A DNA stretch of 64,000 bases from an uncultured Actinomycetota bacterium (GTDB lineage: Bacteria > Actinomycetota > Actinomycetes > JAFAQI01), in NCBI GenBank assembly GCA_963770565.1, contig CAVYQE010000010.1:1-64000 (forward strand), read 5' to 3'. The notes beneath the pieces were generated by a model. That model saw only the letters and a list, made by a program, of their open reading frames with translations. It searched no databases and had not been told where the DNA came from. The position numbers and the translations under genes were made by a program. Positions within the stretch are counted from its first letter, which is position 1, and the number at the start of each line of letters is the position of its first letter. Below are positions 30,064-41,144 of this stretch, piece by piece.

Positions 30064-32091
30064 GTGGCAGACCCGGCGAGCTATCGACCCGCTCCCGGCT
30101 CGATCCCCGACTCGCCGGGTGTCTATCGGTTCCGCGACGAGCACGGCCGGGTTGTGTACGTCGGCAAGGCCAAGAGCCTGCGCAGCCGGTTGTCGTCGTA
30201 CTTCCAGGACATCGCAAACCTGCACCCAAGGACCCAGCAGATGGTGCTGTCCGCGGCGGCGGTCGACTGGACCGTCGTCTCGACCGAGGTCGAGGCGCTG
30301 CAGCTGGAATACAACTGGATCAAGGAGTTCGACCCGCGCTTCAATGTGCGTTACCGCGACGACAAGTCCTATCCCTGGCTCGCGGTCACCCTCGACGAGC
30401 CGTACCCCCGCGCGCAAGTGATGCGCGGCGCGAAACGCAAGGGCGTCAAGTACTTCGGGCCCTACGCGCACGCCTGGGCGATCCGCGACACCCTCGACAC
30501 GTTGCTCCGCGTCTTCCCGATGCGGACCTGTAGCGCCGGGGTGTTCAAGCGGTCAGGTCAGGTCGGCCGGCCGTGCCTGCTCGGCTACATCGGCAAGTGC
30601 TCGGCGCCCTGCGTCGGCCGGGTCGACGAGGCCGAGCACCGCGCGATCGTCGACGACTTCGTCGATTTCATGTCCGGGCAGACCCAGAAGTTCATCAAGC
30701 GGCTCGAGCGCGAGATGCGGGCTGCATCGAATGACCAGGAGTACGAGCGGGCCGCCCGGTTGCGGGACGACATCGGTGCGTTGACCCGGGCGATGGAGAA
30801 GCAGGCGGTCGTGCTCGGTGACGGCACCGACGCCGACGTCGTCGCCTTCGCCCAGGACGAGCTCGAGGCCGCGGTCCAGGTGTTCTACGTGCGCGGTGGG
30901 CGGGTGCGTGGGCAGCGCGGCTGGGTGGTCGACAAGGTCGGCGATGTGCGTACCGGTGACCTTGTCGAGCAGTTCCTCACCCAGACCTATCTCGACAGCG
31001 CGTCGCTCGACAGCGAGGTGCCACGAGAGGTGCTCGTCCCTGAGCTGCCGGACGACCCGGATGTGGTCACCGAGCTGCTGGAGCTGGTCCGCGGCGCCCG
31101 GGTGTCGCTGCGCGTGCCGCAGCGCGGTGACAAGCGCGCCCTGCTGGAGACGGTCGAACGCAATGCGGCCGAGTCGTTTGCGCGGCACAAGCTCAGGCGC
31201 TCGTCCGACCTGACTGCACGGTCACTCGCGTTGCAGGAGCTGCAGGTGTCGCTGTCGCTGCCGACCGCGCCGCTGCGGATCGAGTGCTATGACGTCTCAA
31301 ACCTGCAGGGCACCGAGGTAGTCGCGTCGATGGTGGTCTTCGAGGACGGGCTGCCGCGCAAGAGCGAATACCGGCGGTTCGCGATCAAGTGGGTCGAGGG
31401 TCAGGACGACGTCGCCTCGATCCACGAGGTGATCAGCCGGCGGTTTCGGCGCTATCTGGAGGAGCGGAGTGAGACCGGTGAGGCCGGGGTCGACGACAGC
31501 GACGAGGACGCCGGACCGTCACCGATCGACCCGGTGACCGGACGGCCGCGAAAGTTCGCCTACCCACCGCAGCTTGTGGTCGTCGACGGCGGCCCGCCGC
31601 AGGTCGCGGCGGCCGCTGCCGCGATGCGCGAGCTCGGTGTCGACGACGTCGCGTTGTGCGGTCTGGCGAAACGGCTCGAAGAGGTCTGGCTGCCGGGCGA
31701 CGCGGACCCGGTGATCCTGCCGCGCACCAGCGAGGCGCTCTATCTGCTGCAGCGGATTCGCGACGAGGCGCATCGATTCGCGATCACCTACCACCGGCAG
31801 AAGCGTTCGGTCTCGATGACGCAAAGTCAGCTCGACGGCGTGCCCGGCCTCGGGGAGACCCGACGCAAGGCGTTGTTGCGTCACTTCGGGTCGGTGAAGC
31901 GGTTGCGCGCCGCGACGGTCGAGGAGATCGCCGAGGTGCCAGGAGTAGGCCGGCGTACCGCGATCGCCGTGCACGATGCGCTCGCGGCGACGGCCGCGCC
32001 GGCGCCCGGCGTCGACCCCACAACGGGGGAGATCGTCGAGCCCCGCGACATCGCAACTGCCGGGGTGGCAGGCTCTGGGGTGAGCCCATGA
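30064..32091 (+). CDS. uvrC: Excinuclease ABC subunit C
   Basis: GIY-YIG ([14 protein letters not shown]), [19 protein letters not shown]-terminal HhH. Confidence 0.96.
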   Translation: MADPASYRPAPGSIPDSPGVYRFRDEHGRVVYVGKAKSLRSRLSSYFQDIANLHPRTQQMVLSAAAVDWTVVSTEVEALQLEYNWIKEFDPRFNVRYRDDKSYPWLAVTLDEPYPRAQVMRGAKRKGVKYFGPYAHAWAIRDTLDTLLRVFPMRTCSAGVFKRSGQVGRPCLLGYIGKCSAPCVGRVDEAEHRAIVDDFVDFMSGQTQKFIKRLEREMRAASNDQEYERAARLRDDIGALTRAMEKQAVVLGDGTDADVVAFAQDELEAAVQVFYVRGGRVRGQRGWVVDKVGDVRTGDLVEQFLTQTYLDSASLDSEVPREVLVPELPDDPDVVTELLELVRGARVSLRVPQRGDKRALLETVERNAAESFARHKLRRSSDLTARSLALQELQVSLSLPTAPLRIECYDVSNLQGTEVVASMVVFEDGLPRKSEYRRFAIKWVEGQDDVASIHEVISRRFRRYLEERSETGEAGVDDSDEDAGPSPIDPVTGRPRKFAYPPQLVVVDGGPPQVAAAAAAMRELGVDDVALCGLAKRLEEVWLPGDADPVILPRTSEALYLLQRIRDEAHRFAITYHRQKRSVSMTQSQLDGVPGLGETRRKALLRHFGSVKRLRAATVEEIAEVPGVGRRTAIAVHDALAATAAPAPGVDPTTGEIVEPRDIATAGVAGSGVSP

Positions 32092-32981
32092 CCACCACCC
32101 CGTCGACGCCATCAGCCGCGCCGCTCGAGCTCGCCGTCATCACCGGCCTGTCCGGCGCCGGACGGAGCACCGCGGCGAAGTGCCTCGAGGACCTCGGGTG
32201 GTACGTCGTCGACAACCTGCCTCCGGCGCTGATCTCATCGGTTGTCGATCTGGCCGCTCGTTCGCACGGCGAGGTGGACCGGATCGCCGTCGTCGTCGAT
32301 GTCCGCAGTCGCGCGTTCAGCTCCGATCTTCACGAGGCGCTCGACAGCATGACCCGCACCGGTCATCAGACCAGGGTGCTGTTCCTGGAGGCGCCGGACG
32401 AGGTGCTGGTCAGGCGGTTCGACGGCGTACGCCGGCCGCATCCGCTGCAGGCCGACGGTCGATTGGTCGACGGCATCGCGCAAGAACGCGAGCTGCTCCG
32501 CGAGCTGCGCAGCGAGGCCGATCTGGTGATCGACACCAGCGAGCTCAACGTCCACGAGCTGCGGGCGAAGATCGCGGCGGCCTTCGAGGAAGAGTCCGCC
32601 GACGCGCTGCACCTGACGATGGTGTCCTTCGGTTATAAGTACGGCCTGCCGGTCGACGCCGACGTGGTGATCGACTGCCGACTCCTGCCCAACCCGCACT
32701 GGGTGCCGGACCTGCGGCCACTCACCGGCGAGGACCCGGCGGTCCGCGACTATGTCCTGGCGCAACCGGGTGCAGCCGAGTTCATCGACGCTGCGCTCGC
32801 GCTGCTACGCAGGTATGAGCAGGGGTACGTCGGCGAAGGAAAGCACTACGCCACAATTGCAGTCGGGTGCACGGGCGGTCGGCACCGTAGCGTGGCCGTC
32901 TCAGGCGAGCTTGCGCGGCGAATGCGAGAGGACGGCATCGAGATCCAGTTGTCGCATCGAGACATGAACCACGAGTCATGA
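32088..32981 (+). CDS. rapZ: RNase adapter RapZ (YvcJ) P-loop protein
   Basis: [45 protein letters not shown] overlap with uvrC. Confidence 0.93.
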   Translation: MTTTPSTPSAAPLELAVITGLSGAGRSTAAKCLEDLGWYVVDNLPPALISSVVDLAARSHGEVDRIAVVVDVRSRAFSSDLHEALDSMTRTGHQTRVLFLEAPDEVLVRRFDGVRRPHPLQADGRLVDGIAQERELLRELRSEADLVIDTSELNVHELRAKIAAAFEEESADALHLTMVSFGYKYGLPVDADVVIDCRLLPNPHWVPDLRPLTGEDPAVRDYVLAQPGAAEFIDAALALLRRYEQGYVGEGKHYATIAVGCTGGRHRSVAVSGELARRMREDGIEIQLSHRDMNHES

Positions 32982-33030
32982 CCCCTGACGGTTGTGCGAC
33001 CGTTCGCGGCCGGGTCGCGGGAGCGGCGAG

Positions 33031-34014
33031 GTGAGCGCATCGGGTGGTCCGAAGGTGGTTGCCTTCGGCGGCGGTCACGGTCTGTCGGCTTCGCTCGCCG
33101 CGCTGCGCCGGGTCACGTCCAACCTGACTGCCGTCGTCACGGTGGCCGACGACGGTGGCTCGAGCGGCGTGCTTCGAACCGAGCTCGACGCACTTCCGCC
33201 GGGTGACCTCCGAATGGCGCTGGCAGCCCTCGCCGGTGACGACGACGGCTCGCAGCTATGGGCCGAGGTCTGCCAGCACCGGTTCGGCGGCGAGGGCACG
33301 CTGGCCGGGCATCCGGTCGGCAACCTGCTGCTGACCGGACTCAACTCGGTCACCGGCGATCCGGTCGTGAGCCTGGAGATGGTCGGCAGGTTGCTGGGCG
33401 CGGTCGGCAGGGTCCTTCCGTTGTCGGTGCAGCCGATCGACATCGTCGCCGAGGTGATCGGTCTTGATCCGGCCGACCCGGGTGCGCTTCGCGAGGTCCG
33501 TGGTCAGGTCGCGGTGGCCACGACGCCGGGGCAGGTGGTGGGCGTTCGGTTGCACCCGGCGTCGGTCGACGCGTGCCCGCAGGCCGTGGACGCGGTTCTC
33601 GAGGCGGATTGGGTGGTGTTCGGGCCGGGATCGTGGTTCACCAGCGTGATCCCGCACCTGCTGGTGCCGGACATTGCCAAGGCGCTGGCGATGACGACCG
33701 CCCGGCGGATCGTGACCCTGAACATGTCCGCCCAGGACGGCGAGACCGAGGGCTTCTCCCCGGAAACCCACCTCGAGGTGCTCGGCGCGCATGCGCCGGA
33801 CCTGCACGTCGACATCGTGCTGGCCGCCCGCCGCGCCCTCGACAGCGGGCACGGCTCGCTGCAAACCGCCGCGGAGAGCCTCGGGGCCGAGCTGGTGATC
33901 GCACACCTGGGCAACGACCAGTCGATCCCTACCCACGACCCGCAACGGCTGGCCGCGGCGTACGACTCGATCTTCACCAACACCGCAATCAAAGGGGACT
34001 CCGCATGGCGATGA
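33031..34014 (+). CDS. yvcK: UDP-GlcNAc-binding protein YvcK/CuvA family
   Basis: [38 protein letters not shown]. Confidence 0.9.
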   Translation: MSASGGPKVVAFGGGHGLSASLAALRRVTSNLTAVVTVADDGGSSGVLRTELDALPPGDLRMALAALAGDDDGSQLWAEVCQHRFGGEGTLAGHPVGNLLLTGLNSVTGDPVVSLEMVGRLLGAVGRVLPLSVQPIDIVAEVIGLDPADPGALREVRGQVAVATTPGQVVGVRLHPASVDACPQAVDAVLEADWVVFGPGSWFTSVIPHLLVPDIAKALAMTTARRIVTLNMSAQDGETEGFSPETHLEVLGAHAPDLHVDIVLAARRALDSGHGSLQTAAESLGAELVIAHLGNDQSIPTHDPQRLAAAYDSIFTNTAIKGDSAWR

Positions 34015-34994
34015 CGGCAGCGGTCAAGGACGAGCTCGCCAGGGTGGTCGTCACCAAGCCGTGTTGCCGCAAGGCAGAGATCGCCACGATGCTGCGGTTC
34101 GCGGGCGGGCTGCACCTGGTCGGCAAGGGCCAGCTGGTGATCGAGGCCGATCTTGACACCGGAGCGACCGCCCGGCGGCTGCGCAAGAATCTGGCCGAGG
34201 TTTACGGGCACTCCTCGGAGCTGGCGGTCGTGTCGGCCGGCGGGCTCCGGAAGGGGTCGCGCTACCTGGTCCGGGTGACCAAGGACGGCCATGCGCTGGC
34301 CCGGCAGACCGGCTTGGTCGACGGCAACGGCCGGCCGGTCCGCGGGCTGCCGCCGCAGGTCGTGTCGGGTGCGCTCTGCGATGCGGCGGCGGCCTGGCGC
34401 GGGGCGTTCCTCGCGCACGGCTCGCTGACCGAACCCGGTCGCTCATCGTCGCTGGAGATCACCTGCCCCGGGCCGGAGTCCGCGCTGGCACTGGTCGGTG
34501 CCGCGCGGCGGCTGGGGGTCTCGGCCAAGGCCCGCGAGGTGCGCGGGGTCGATCGGGTGGTCATCCGTGACGGCGATGCGATCAGCGTGATGCTCACCAA
34601 GCTCGGGGCGCACGACAGCGTCCTGGCCTGGGAAGAGCGGCGGATGCGCCGTGAGGTGCGCGCGACCGCGAACCGGCTGGCCAACTTCGACGACGCGAAC
34701 CTTCGTCGCTCGGCCCGGGCCGCCGTCGCGGCCGGCGCGCGGGTGGCGCGGGCGATGGAGATCCTCGGCGACGACGCCCCGGAGCACCTGCTGTCGGCCG
34801 GCCGGCTTCGGCTCGACCACGCGAACGCTTCGCTCGAGGAGCTCGGTGCGCTCGCTGACCCGGCGCTGACCAAGGACGCGATCGCCGGCCGGATCCGGCG
34901 GCTGCTGGCGATGGCCGACTCGCGCGCCGACGAGCTCGGCGTGCCCAACACCGAGGCGTCCTTGACCCCGGAGATGCTCGCCGACGCCCAGTGA
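34005..34994 (+). CDS. whiA: DNA-binding protein WhiA
   Basis: [50 protein letters not shown]. Confidence 0.95.
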   Translation: MAMTAAVKDELARVVVTKPCCRKAEIATMLRFAGGLHLVGKGQLVIEADLDTGATARRLRKNLAEVYGHSSELAVVSAGGLRKGSRYLVRVTKDGHALARQTGLVDGNGRPVRGLPPQVVSGALCDAAAAWRGAFLAHGSLTEPGRSSSLEITCPGPESALALVGAARRLGVSAKAREVRGVDRVVIRDGDAISVMLTKLGAHDSVLAWEERRMRREVRATANRLANFDDANLRRSARAAVAAGARVARAMEILGDDAPEHLLSAGRLRLDHANASLEELGALADPALTKDAIAGRIRRLLAMADSRADELGVPNTEASLTPEMLADAQ

Positions 34995-35016
34995 CCCCCC
35001 GTCACATGGCCGGCAT

Positions 35017-35063
35017 CGATGGGCCATGCGTGGGGCTATAGCCCCACCGATGGGCCATGCGTG
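35017..35063. repeat. Perfect 18-bp palindrome flanked by 16-bp direct repeats (REP-like element or bidirectional terminator)
   Basis: CGATGGGCCATGCGTG at 35017 and 35048; GTGGGGCTATAGCCCCAC at 35030-35047; between convergent genes. Confidence 0.6.
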
Positions 35064-35075
35064 TGGTGACGCGGC

Positions 35076-35948
35076 TTAGCGACTGACCAGGGTCGGTGCG
35101 CTGGTGTCGACCGGGAGGGCGAGTCGCTGGACCCTGACCAGGCGCCCGGTCGCGTCGTACGGCCCGAACGTCTCGCCCTGGTAGCTGATCGTGTACGTCG
35201 CGCCCCACCGGGTGCGCAGGGTCAGCCGGGCGATGCCGCCGTGTAGGTAGGAGTGCGCCAGGGGAGTGCTGGCGCTCAGCCAACCCGAGGTGGAGCCGTC
35301 GCCCCAGTGCCAGTCGGCAACGGTGGCGTCGAGGGTGATCGTCTCGGTGACCTCGCCGCTGCCGAACGGCACCGGGGTCAGCGAACCTGGGACGCTCGCG
35401 GTAAAGAAGGTGGCGAGGCCGGCCAGGGTCGCGCCGGACGGGCTGGTCGAGATGTCGAGGTCGGGCGGCGTCACGTCCTTCAGGTAGCGGCGGACGTCTC
35501 CGAACGCCTTGGTGCCGACCGGGACCGGTTGTTGGGGACCGCCGAGACAGACCGTGCCGACGACCCGGTCGGCGACCGCGTCCGTGCTGAGGTAGATCTT
35601 GTAGAGCAGTTGCCCCTTCCTACAGTTGCCCGTCGTGCTTGCCCCGGTGCACGCGTTGATGCTGGTCGGGTCGCCCGGACTCGCAGAGGCACACGCCAGC
35701 ATCAGCGTCCACGAGCAGTCGCCGCACGCTTGCTGGGTGCCGGAGCGCGCGGCCAGGTCGAGCACCCACGGAACACCACGGACGGCGAGCAACCCGTGGA
35801 ACTCGCCGGCGTTCTGGTTCGCGCCGACACCGCACGCGGTGGTGCTGAAGGTGGTGCAGTGACCAGGCGTCGCGGCATGGGCGAAGCCGGGAGCGAGCAC
35901 GGTCAGCGTGACCGCGAGTGCTGCGAACAACCCGAGCAAGCGCGTCAT
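35076..35948 (-). CDS. Secreted Cys-rich protein with a C-terminal PKD-like domain
   Basis: Signal peptide ending AHA, several Cys pairs, WHWGDGS...HSY..G motif. Confidence 0.6.
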   Translation of the reverse strand: MTRLLGLFAALAVTLTVLAPGFAHAATPGHCTTFSTTACGVGANQNAGEFHGLLAVRGVPWVLDLAARSGTQQACGDCSWTLMLACASASPGDPTSINACTGASTTGNCRKGQLLYKIYLSTDAVADRVVGTVCLGGPQQPVPVGTKAFGDVRRYLKDVTPPDLDISTSPSGATLAGLATFFTASVPGSLTPVPFGSGEVTETITLDATVADWHWGDGSTSGWLSASTPLAHSYLHGGIARLTLRTRWGATYTISYQGETFGPYDATGRLVRVQRLALPVDTSAPTLVSR

Positions 35949-36511
35949 CAGACGGCCGTGATCCGAGCGATCAGCCACCGACTGCCGCCACGCACAAGTA
36001 GGAAGTCACGATGAACTCGCTTGGCCGGAGGTGCATGGCTCAGGGTCTGATTGTTGGGGCCGACCATGCCGCCCTTGGCGGCGTTGAACAGCACCAACAC
36101 ATCCACGACGCCGGGGCCATCCACGCTTGGCGTGTATTTGATGACGTGGACGCGGTCGATGTAGCGCTCGCCGCGACTGCGCGCGTACCTGACCGACTTG
36201 GCCTGGATCTGGCAGGGGCACTTGGGCGTGAAGATCGCGCTCCAACCCTCGGCGTTCATGTCGTCGTGCAGGTTGTTGAGGACCGAGTAGTAGCGCTTCA
36301 CCACACTCGTGGCGGCCGCAAGCTCACCAGCTTGGCCGGCGACCAGGGGAGGAGCCCCGGGACCAGGCGTCGGGACCGCGATCGAAGCGGTGGGCGGCGT
36401 ATGGTGTGGCGCAAGGCTTTGGGGCCCTGACGCCGCCTCACCCGCGCAGCCGCTGAGCGCAGCGACGAGCACAGCAGCGAGGGCAAAGCCTTTCCCCGAT
36501 CCGGTCAGCAC
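35948..36511 (-). CDS. Putative lipoprotein (possibly DUF6318-like)
   Basis: LSGC lipobox, Pro-rich linker, CPC motif, NTF2-like end (WLIARI). Stop overlaps the next start; TACGTT -10 lies 6 nt upstream. Confidence 0.55.
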   Translation of the reverse strand: MLTGSGKGFALAAVLVAALSGCAGEAASGPQSLAPHHTPPTASIAVPTPGPGAPPLVAGQAGELAAATSVVKRYYSVLNNLHDDMNAEGWSAIFTPKCPCQIQAKSVRYARSRGERYIDRVHVIKYTPSVDGPGVVDVLVLFNAAKGGMVGPNNQTLSHAPPAKRVHRDFLLVRGGSRWLIARITAV

Positions 36512-36612
36512 CGGCACAACGTAACGAGGGCGCGACGATCGCGGCGGACGTTGTCCACAGGCCTCGAAATGCCCCCCGAACGGCGTAACGGGCGGTTGTG
36601 CCGGATGAGCGT

Positions 36613-36638
36613 TCAAGCCTGAGCGGAACGTGGCCGAT
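36613..36638 (+). promoter_or_regulatory. Sigma-28 (FliA/WhiG)-type promoter of the roadblock-DUF4388-GTPase operon
   Basis: TCAAG-N15-GCCGAT(GT). Confidence 0.7.
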
Positions 36639-36683
36639 GTGGAACGTGAGGCCCCCCACCCTTGGGACAGGCCGTGAGACGAG

Positions 36684-37301
36684 GTGTCCGTGATGTCCGA
36701 CTCTGCTAACCGCTCCCAGCGGCTGGATCGAGCGATCGCCGACCTGCTGGCGCAGGTGCCTGAGATTGAGGCCGCAGCGGTGGTTTCCTTCGACGGTCTG
36801 CCGATGGCGAGTGCGCTTCCGGCGACGATGGATGAGGACCGGGTCGCCGCGATGAGCGCCGCCCTGCTGAGCCTCGGGGAGCGAGCGGCTGAAGGGCTCG
36901 GCCGCGGTTCGCTCAACCAGGTCTACATCGAGGGCGACCACGGCACTGTCTTCCTGGTGTCGGCCGAGGACGAGGCCGTGTTGGTCGCGGTCGCGGCCCG
37001 CGGCGCCAAGGTCGGCATGATGCTTTACGAGGTACGCCGGTCCGCTCAGACCGTCGCCAATGTGCTGCGCGCCGAGGTCGAGCCGGAGCTGCTGGCCGAG
37101 CCGGCTGCCGAGTTGCCCCCGCTGCAAGCCGTCGCCCCGCCGCTGCCCGAGCCGGAGCCCGCGCCCGTTGCGGACGTTGCCCCGGCAATGGACGCCGAGC
37201 CGAGCGCACCCTACGCCCCGATGTCCTCGGACCCGGCGTGGGTATCACACCTTCCGAACGGATCTGCGGTCGCCGCCAGCGACCCGCAGCCCTGGTCCTG
37301 A
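36684..37301 (+). CDS. Roadblock/LC7 (MglB-like) protein with a Pro/Ala-rich tail
   Basis: AAVVSFDGLPMAS, DRVAAMSAALLSLGER, LNQVYIEG. Alternative ATG at 36693. Confidence 0.88.
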   Translation: MSVMSDSANRSQRLDRAIADLLAQVPEIEAAAVVSFDGLPMASALPATMDEDRVAAMSAALLSLGERAAEGLGRGSLNQVYIEGDHGTVFLVSAEDEAVLVAVAARGAKVGMMLYEVRRSAQTVANVLRAEVEPELLAEPAAELPPLQAVAPPLPEPEPAPVADVAPAMDAEPSAPYAPMSSDPAWVSHLPNGSAVAASDPQPWS

Positions 37302-37337
37302 CCCCCCTAACCACCCGACGCCCACCCGAGGTCTGCC

Positions 37338-38453
37338 GTGAGACTTGAAGGCTCGCTAGACGCCTTCAGCCTGCCGGATATCTTCTCGCTGCTCAGCATG
37401 ACGAAGAAGACCGGCGGACTGCATCTTCGCCGTTCCGGCGCGCACGGCGTCGTCTGGCTCGGCGACGGGTTGATCAGTGGCGGCGCCTCGGACCTGTCGA
37501 GGCTGGCGTTGGGTCGTCGGCTGGCCGGGTGCGGCCATGTCTCTGACGAACAGCTCCGCGAGGCGGTCGAGCTGGTCGCCGGGTCTACCGACGTCGGCCT
37601 TGCCCGCGCGCTTCGCGACGCGAGCGCCATCGATGAGGGCGAGTTGCACACGGTGGTCTGCGAGCACATCGTGGACACCGTCTTCGACCTGATGCGCTGG
37701 ACCGAGGGCGTCTTCGAGTTCGTCATCGACGAGGCCAACGTCGACGACGTCGGGGTGACCCTCGAGGTCGAGGAGGTCGTGACCGACGCGCGGCACCGGC
37801 TGGACACCTGGGCGACGATCGATGAGGGACTCGCCTCGCTGGACACCGTGTTGTCGCTGTCGCTCAACCCGGATCTCGACCCGACCCTGCAGCGCGACGA
37901 GTGGGCACTGCTGGCGCTCATCGACGGGCGGCGCACCATCAGCGACGTCGTCAACCTCTGCGGCCGCGGTGAGTACGCCGTCGTCGTGGCGCTCAACGAG
38001 CTGGTCACGAAGGGCTTGGTCCACACCGAGGAGTCCGAAGGCGTCGCGGCCCTGCAACAGCGGCAAGATCTGGTCGGTTCACTCGAGACCGAGGTCGCAC
38101 CGGCAACGTCGATCCTTGCCGACGTCCTCAGCGACAACTCGGCGGTCGGCGAGACCGATGTCGACGCCGAGTCCCTCCTGGTCCCGGCCGAGCCGGAGGT
38201 CGCGACTGAGGCCGACGACGACGAGGACAGCGACGACAACGAGCAGGTCGCGGACATCTCCACCCTGCCGCGCGCGACGTCCCACGACGATGCCGACGGC
38301 GGCCTTCACTCGCACGACCACCCCGAGCCGCTCGCCGCGGCCGTGTCCGGCGGTGGAATGGTCACCGCCGTACCGTCCGGGGCGATCGAACGCGACCCGA
38401 GCGTCAACAAGAGCTTGCTGCTGCGCTTGATCGCCGGCGTGAGAGGGCTGTAG
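37338..38453 (+). CDS. DUF4388 (PATAN-like) domain protein with a winged-helix middle region
   Basis: LEGSLDAFSLPDIFSLL..KKTGGL, LMRWTEGVFEF, EWALLALIDGRRTI, C-terminal LLLRLIAGVRGL. Confidence 0.8.
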   Translation: MRLEGSLDAFSLPDIFSLLSMTKKTGGLHLRRSGAHGVVWLGDGLISGGASDLSRLALGRRLAGCGHVSDEQLREAVELVAGSTDVGLARALRDASAIDEGELHTVVCEHIVDTVFDLMRWTEGVFEFVIDEANVDDVGVTLEVEEVVTDARHRLDTWATIDEGLASLDTVLSLSLNPDLDPTLQRDEWALLALIDGRRTISDVVNLCGRGEYAVVVALNELVTKGLVHTEESEGVAALQQRQDLVGSLETEVAPATSILADVLSDNSAVGETDVDAESLLVPAEPEVATEADDDEDSDDNEQVADISTLPRATSHDDADGGLHSHDHPEPLAAAVSGGGMVTAVPSGAIERDPSVNKSLLLRLIAGVRGL

Positions 38454-38455
38454 TC

Positions 38456-39034
38456 ATGGCGACCAGGACACGTCGGCGGACCGCAGGCACTGCGGTGAAG
38501 ATCGTGGTGACCGGCCCGTTCGCGGCCGGCAAGACCACCCTGATCCGCACGATCAGCGAGATCACGGTCCTCTCGACCGAGCGCAGCATCAGCGACGAGA
38601 CCCGCGCCCGCAAGACCGACACCACGGTCGCGATGGACTTCGGCCGGATCACGATCGACCGAGACCTCGTGCTGTACCTGTTCGGCACCCCGGGGCAGGA
38701 CCGGTTCGACTTCATGTGGGAGATCCTCGGCGAGGGCATGCTCGGATACGTCCTGCTCGTTGATTCGTCGCGAGCCGACTCGCTCGACGAGGCGGTCAGT
38801 ATCCGCGAGGCCTTCCGCAAGATGGCGCGGGTTCCGTTCGTAATCGGACTGAACCGGGCCGAGGGCCTCGACGAAGCCGAAGAGGCGACCGTCCGCAGCC
38901 GGCTCGACCTCGAGGACGACGTCCCCGTGGTGCCCTGCGACGTCACCGATCGCGAATCGGTGAAGGCGGTGCTGCTCGCCCTGCTGTACGCCGTTGTCGA
39001 CTCGCTGGACGCCGCTGCCGCCGTGCAGGCCTAG
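38456..39034 (+). CDS. Small P-loop GTPase, MglA/CvnD-like
   Basis: KIVVTGPFAAGKTT, TTVAMDFG, LFGTPGQDRFDFMW, LNR (G4), CDV (G5). Confidence 0.88.
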   Translation: MATRTRRRTAGTAVKIVVTGPFAAGKTTLIRTISEITVLSTERSISDETRARKTDTTVAMDFGRITIDRDLVLYLFGTPGQDRFDFMWEILGEGMLGYVLLVDSSRADSLDEAVSIREAFRKMARVPFVIGLNRAEGLDEAEEATVRSRLDLEDDVPVVPCDVTDRESVKAVLLALLYAVVDSLDAAAAVQA

Positions 39035-39049
39035 CGCCCGCCGCGGAGG

Positions 39050-39505
39050 GTGAGCGTGTTCGGCCGGCGCAAGAAGCCCGCCAAGCTCGGCATGCGACGT
39101 CGGACGTCGTTCGCCTGGTCCAACGTTGCTTTCCCGCCGCCGGCGCCGGCCGGCCACTCCGTCGAGGCGCCAGCTCCGGACCCGGTCGCTGAGTCGGCAC
39201 CGGAGCCGATTGCCTCCACACCGCCGCCTGCGCCGGACGCGACAGCCGCGCCGATGCCGCCGCCGGCCGAGCCGGTGGCCCCGAACCCGGCCCCGAGGCC
39301 GATGAGGCCAACCGTCGCCGCGGCCGGCCAGAAGCTCGCGTCGGAGCCGGTCGCCGAGGTGCTGCCGCCTGCGCCCGCCGGGTCACGTCCGACTGTGCGG
39401 CTCGGCTTCGTCGACGGGACTTCGTACGAACTCGCCGACTCTTCCGGTGAGTCAAAGGCGCTTAGACGAGTTGCCGCCCAGTTGATCGACGGGCCCTCGG
39501 CCTGA
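39050..39505 (+). CDS. Pro-rich hypothetical protein
   Basis: GGAGG RBS, basic N-terminus, Pro/Ala linker, short C-terminal VRLGFVDGT domain; co-oriented with the GTPase operon. Confidence 0.55.
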   Translation: MSVFGRRKKPAKLGMRRRTSFAWSNVAFPPPAPAGHSVEAPAPDPVAESAPEPIASTPPPAPDATAAPMPPPAEPVAPNPAPRPMRPTVAAAGQKLASEPVAEVLPPAPAGSRPTVRLGFVDGTSYELADSSGESKALRRVAAQLIDGPSA

Positions 39506-39515
39506 CCGGGTTCTG

Positions 39516-40286
39516 TCAGGGTCGACGTACCACCCACCGCACATAGTCGTAGTCGTGGTCCGGGCGTATGACCCGCTCGACGACGCGCAGCCCGTGGTTG
39601 GCGAACATGATTTCCGCTCGCTTCGCCGGCACCGCGAGCATCGAGATTCCGGACAGTCCGGTCCGATGGAGCCGCTCAGGGCGGACGCCGAGCGATCGAA
39701 GCACCCGGTAGAGCTGAAAGCGAGGCTGGAGGCGCGCCCGAAGCTGGTGGGCTGACTCCGGCAGCTCGATGACGGCCGGGGCGCCTGCTGCAAGTGAACT
39801 CGCGATGATGCCGATCGCGTTGTCGATCGCGGTTAGGGTCGGAAGATGCTGCAGCACCAGTAGCGACATCGCGAAGTCGTGCTCGCCCGCCTCGGCGAGC
39901 TCGGACGGAGCCGCTGTAGTGATGTTGGAGATCCTGGCCGTCGCGGCACGTGCCTGCAGCGTCGCCAGCATCCCGGGGGAGATGTCGACCGACGTCACGT
40001 GCTCGAAACGGGCGGCGAGCGCGAATGACAGCCGACCGGTGCCGGCGCCGTAGTCGACCGCACGCCCGTAGTTCACTGGCGGCCCGGCGGCAAGGCACTC
40101 ATCGACCGCTTGGACGCCGCTGGCGTAGAAGTCCGTGAGGTCGGTATCCCAGCCGCCATGGCGGCGGGACCTCTCGGTGAGCACAGCCCAGTCGGGGTCC
40201 TCGGCACCGAGCGACCTCCACACCTCTTGCTGTCGACCCTGCCGGTCGAGGTGTGAGCCTGGGTCTTCACCGGCGTTCGCCGTCAC
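39516..40286 (-). CDS. Class I SAM-dependent methyltransferase
   Basis: AVDYGAGTGRL, VDISPGML, LLVLQHL. GAGGAG RBS. Confidence 0.8.
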   Translation of the reverse strand: MTANAGEDPGSHLDRQGRQQEVWRSLGAEDPDWAVLTERSRRHGGWDTDLTDFYASGVQAVDECLAAGPPVNYGRAVDYGAGTGRLSFALAARFEHVTSVDISPGMLATLQARAATARISNITTAAPSELAEAGEHDFAMSLLVLQHLPTLTAIDNAIGIIASSLAAGAPAVIELPESAHQLRARLQPRFQLYRVLRSLGVRPERLHRTGLSGISMLAVPAKRAEIMFANHGLRVVERVIRPDHDYDYVRWVVRRP

Positions 40287-40296
40287 GATTTGCTCC

Positions 40297-41121
40297 TCAT
40301 GTGACCCGCCTGCCGATCAGTCGACGAGCGGCCAGACCGGTGCGGACGGCAGCCACCGCAAGAGGACCGCGCACCGGACCGAGCCGACGCCGGCAGAGTC
40401 GCTCGAACGCACCTATCCACCGCGCACCGCCTCCGGAAGCCCCTTGATCATGCCTGACGACGATCGACGAGACGAGCCGAAAGCGAGCCCCCTGGGCGGA
40501 GGCGGCGGTGCCCCACGCGACGTCCTCGGCGTAGATGAGCTCGTCTTCCGGGATCGGACCGAAGCGCTCGAAGACATCGGCCGCGAGCACGGGGCATGCC
40601 ATGCACAGCCACTGCACGCCGCCGGCGCGGCGGGCCTGGGCGCGGGTCAGGAACACTCCTCGAAGCCCCGGCAACAGATGGCTCAGGAACAGGAAGTAGC
40701 CGGCCACTGACCGCAAGGTGAGTGGACCACCGCCCGGACCGATCTGGAGGCGCCCTTCGGAGCCCGCCAGGAGCGGTGCGATTCCGTCAAGATCTGAGAT
40801 CAGCGCTTCGGTCAGCCGAGTCAGCTGGCTCACGTCGAGGTGTACGTCGGGGTTTAAAAGGAGCCATGGCCGGCGCGGTGAGTCGACCGTTGCGACAGCA
40901 CGGTTGACGGCAGCTGCGAATCCGACGTTGCGATCGATCAACAATGCCTCTGCACGATGAGATGCGCATACCAGCGACACACCGGCGGGGTCGTCACCGT
41001 TGTCGACGACGATTACATGATGACCGGCCAGCAGCCCGCTGTCGAGCTGGCGTTCGATGTTGGGCAGGCTGTGGTAGTTCACGAGCACGACGGTGAGACC
41101 ACCGTGCGAATCGGTGGTCAT
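40297..41121 (-). CDS. Glycosyltransferase family 2 (WbbL/rhamnosyltransferase-like)
   Basis: VVLVNY, VVDNG, NVGFAAAVN, LLLNPD, YAEDV. Confidence 0.8.
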   Translation of the reverse strand: MTTDSHGGLTVVLVNYHSLPNIERQLDSGLLAGHHVIVVDNGDDPAGVSLVCASHRAEALLIDRNVGFAAAVNRAVATVDSPRRPWLLLNPDVHLDVSQLTRLTEALISDLDGIAPLLAGSEGRLQIGPGGGPLTLRSVAGYFLFLSHLLPGLRGVFLTRAQARRAGGVQWLCMACPVLAADVFERFGPIPEDELIYAEDVAWGTAASAQGARFRLVSSIVVRHDQGASGGGARWIGAFERLCRRRLGPVRGPLAVAAVRTGLAARRLIGRRVT

Positions 41122-41144
41122 AGTTGCGTCCGGTTCGCACACTG

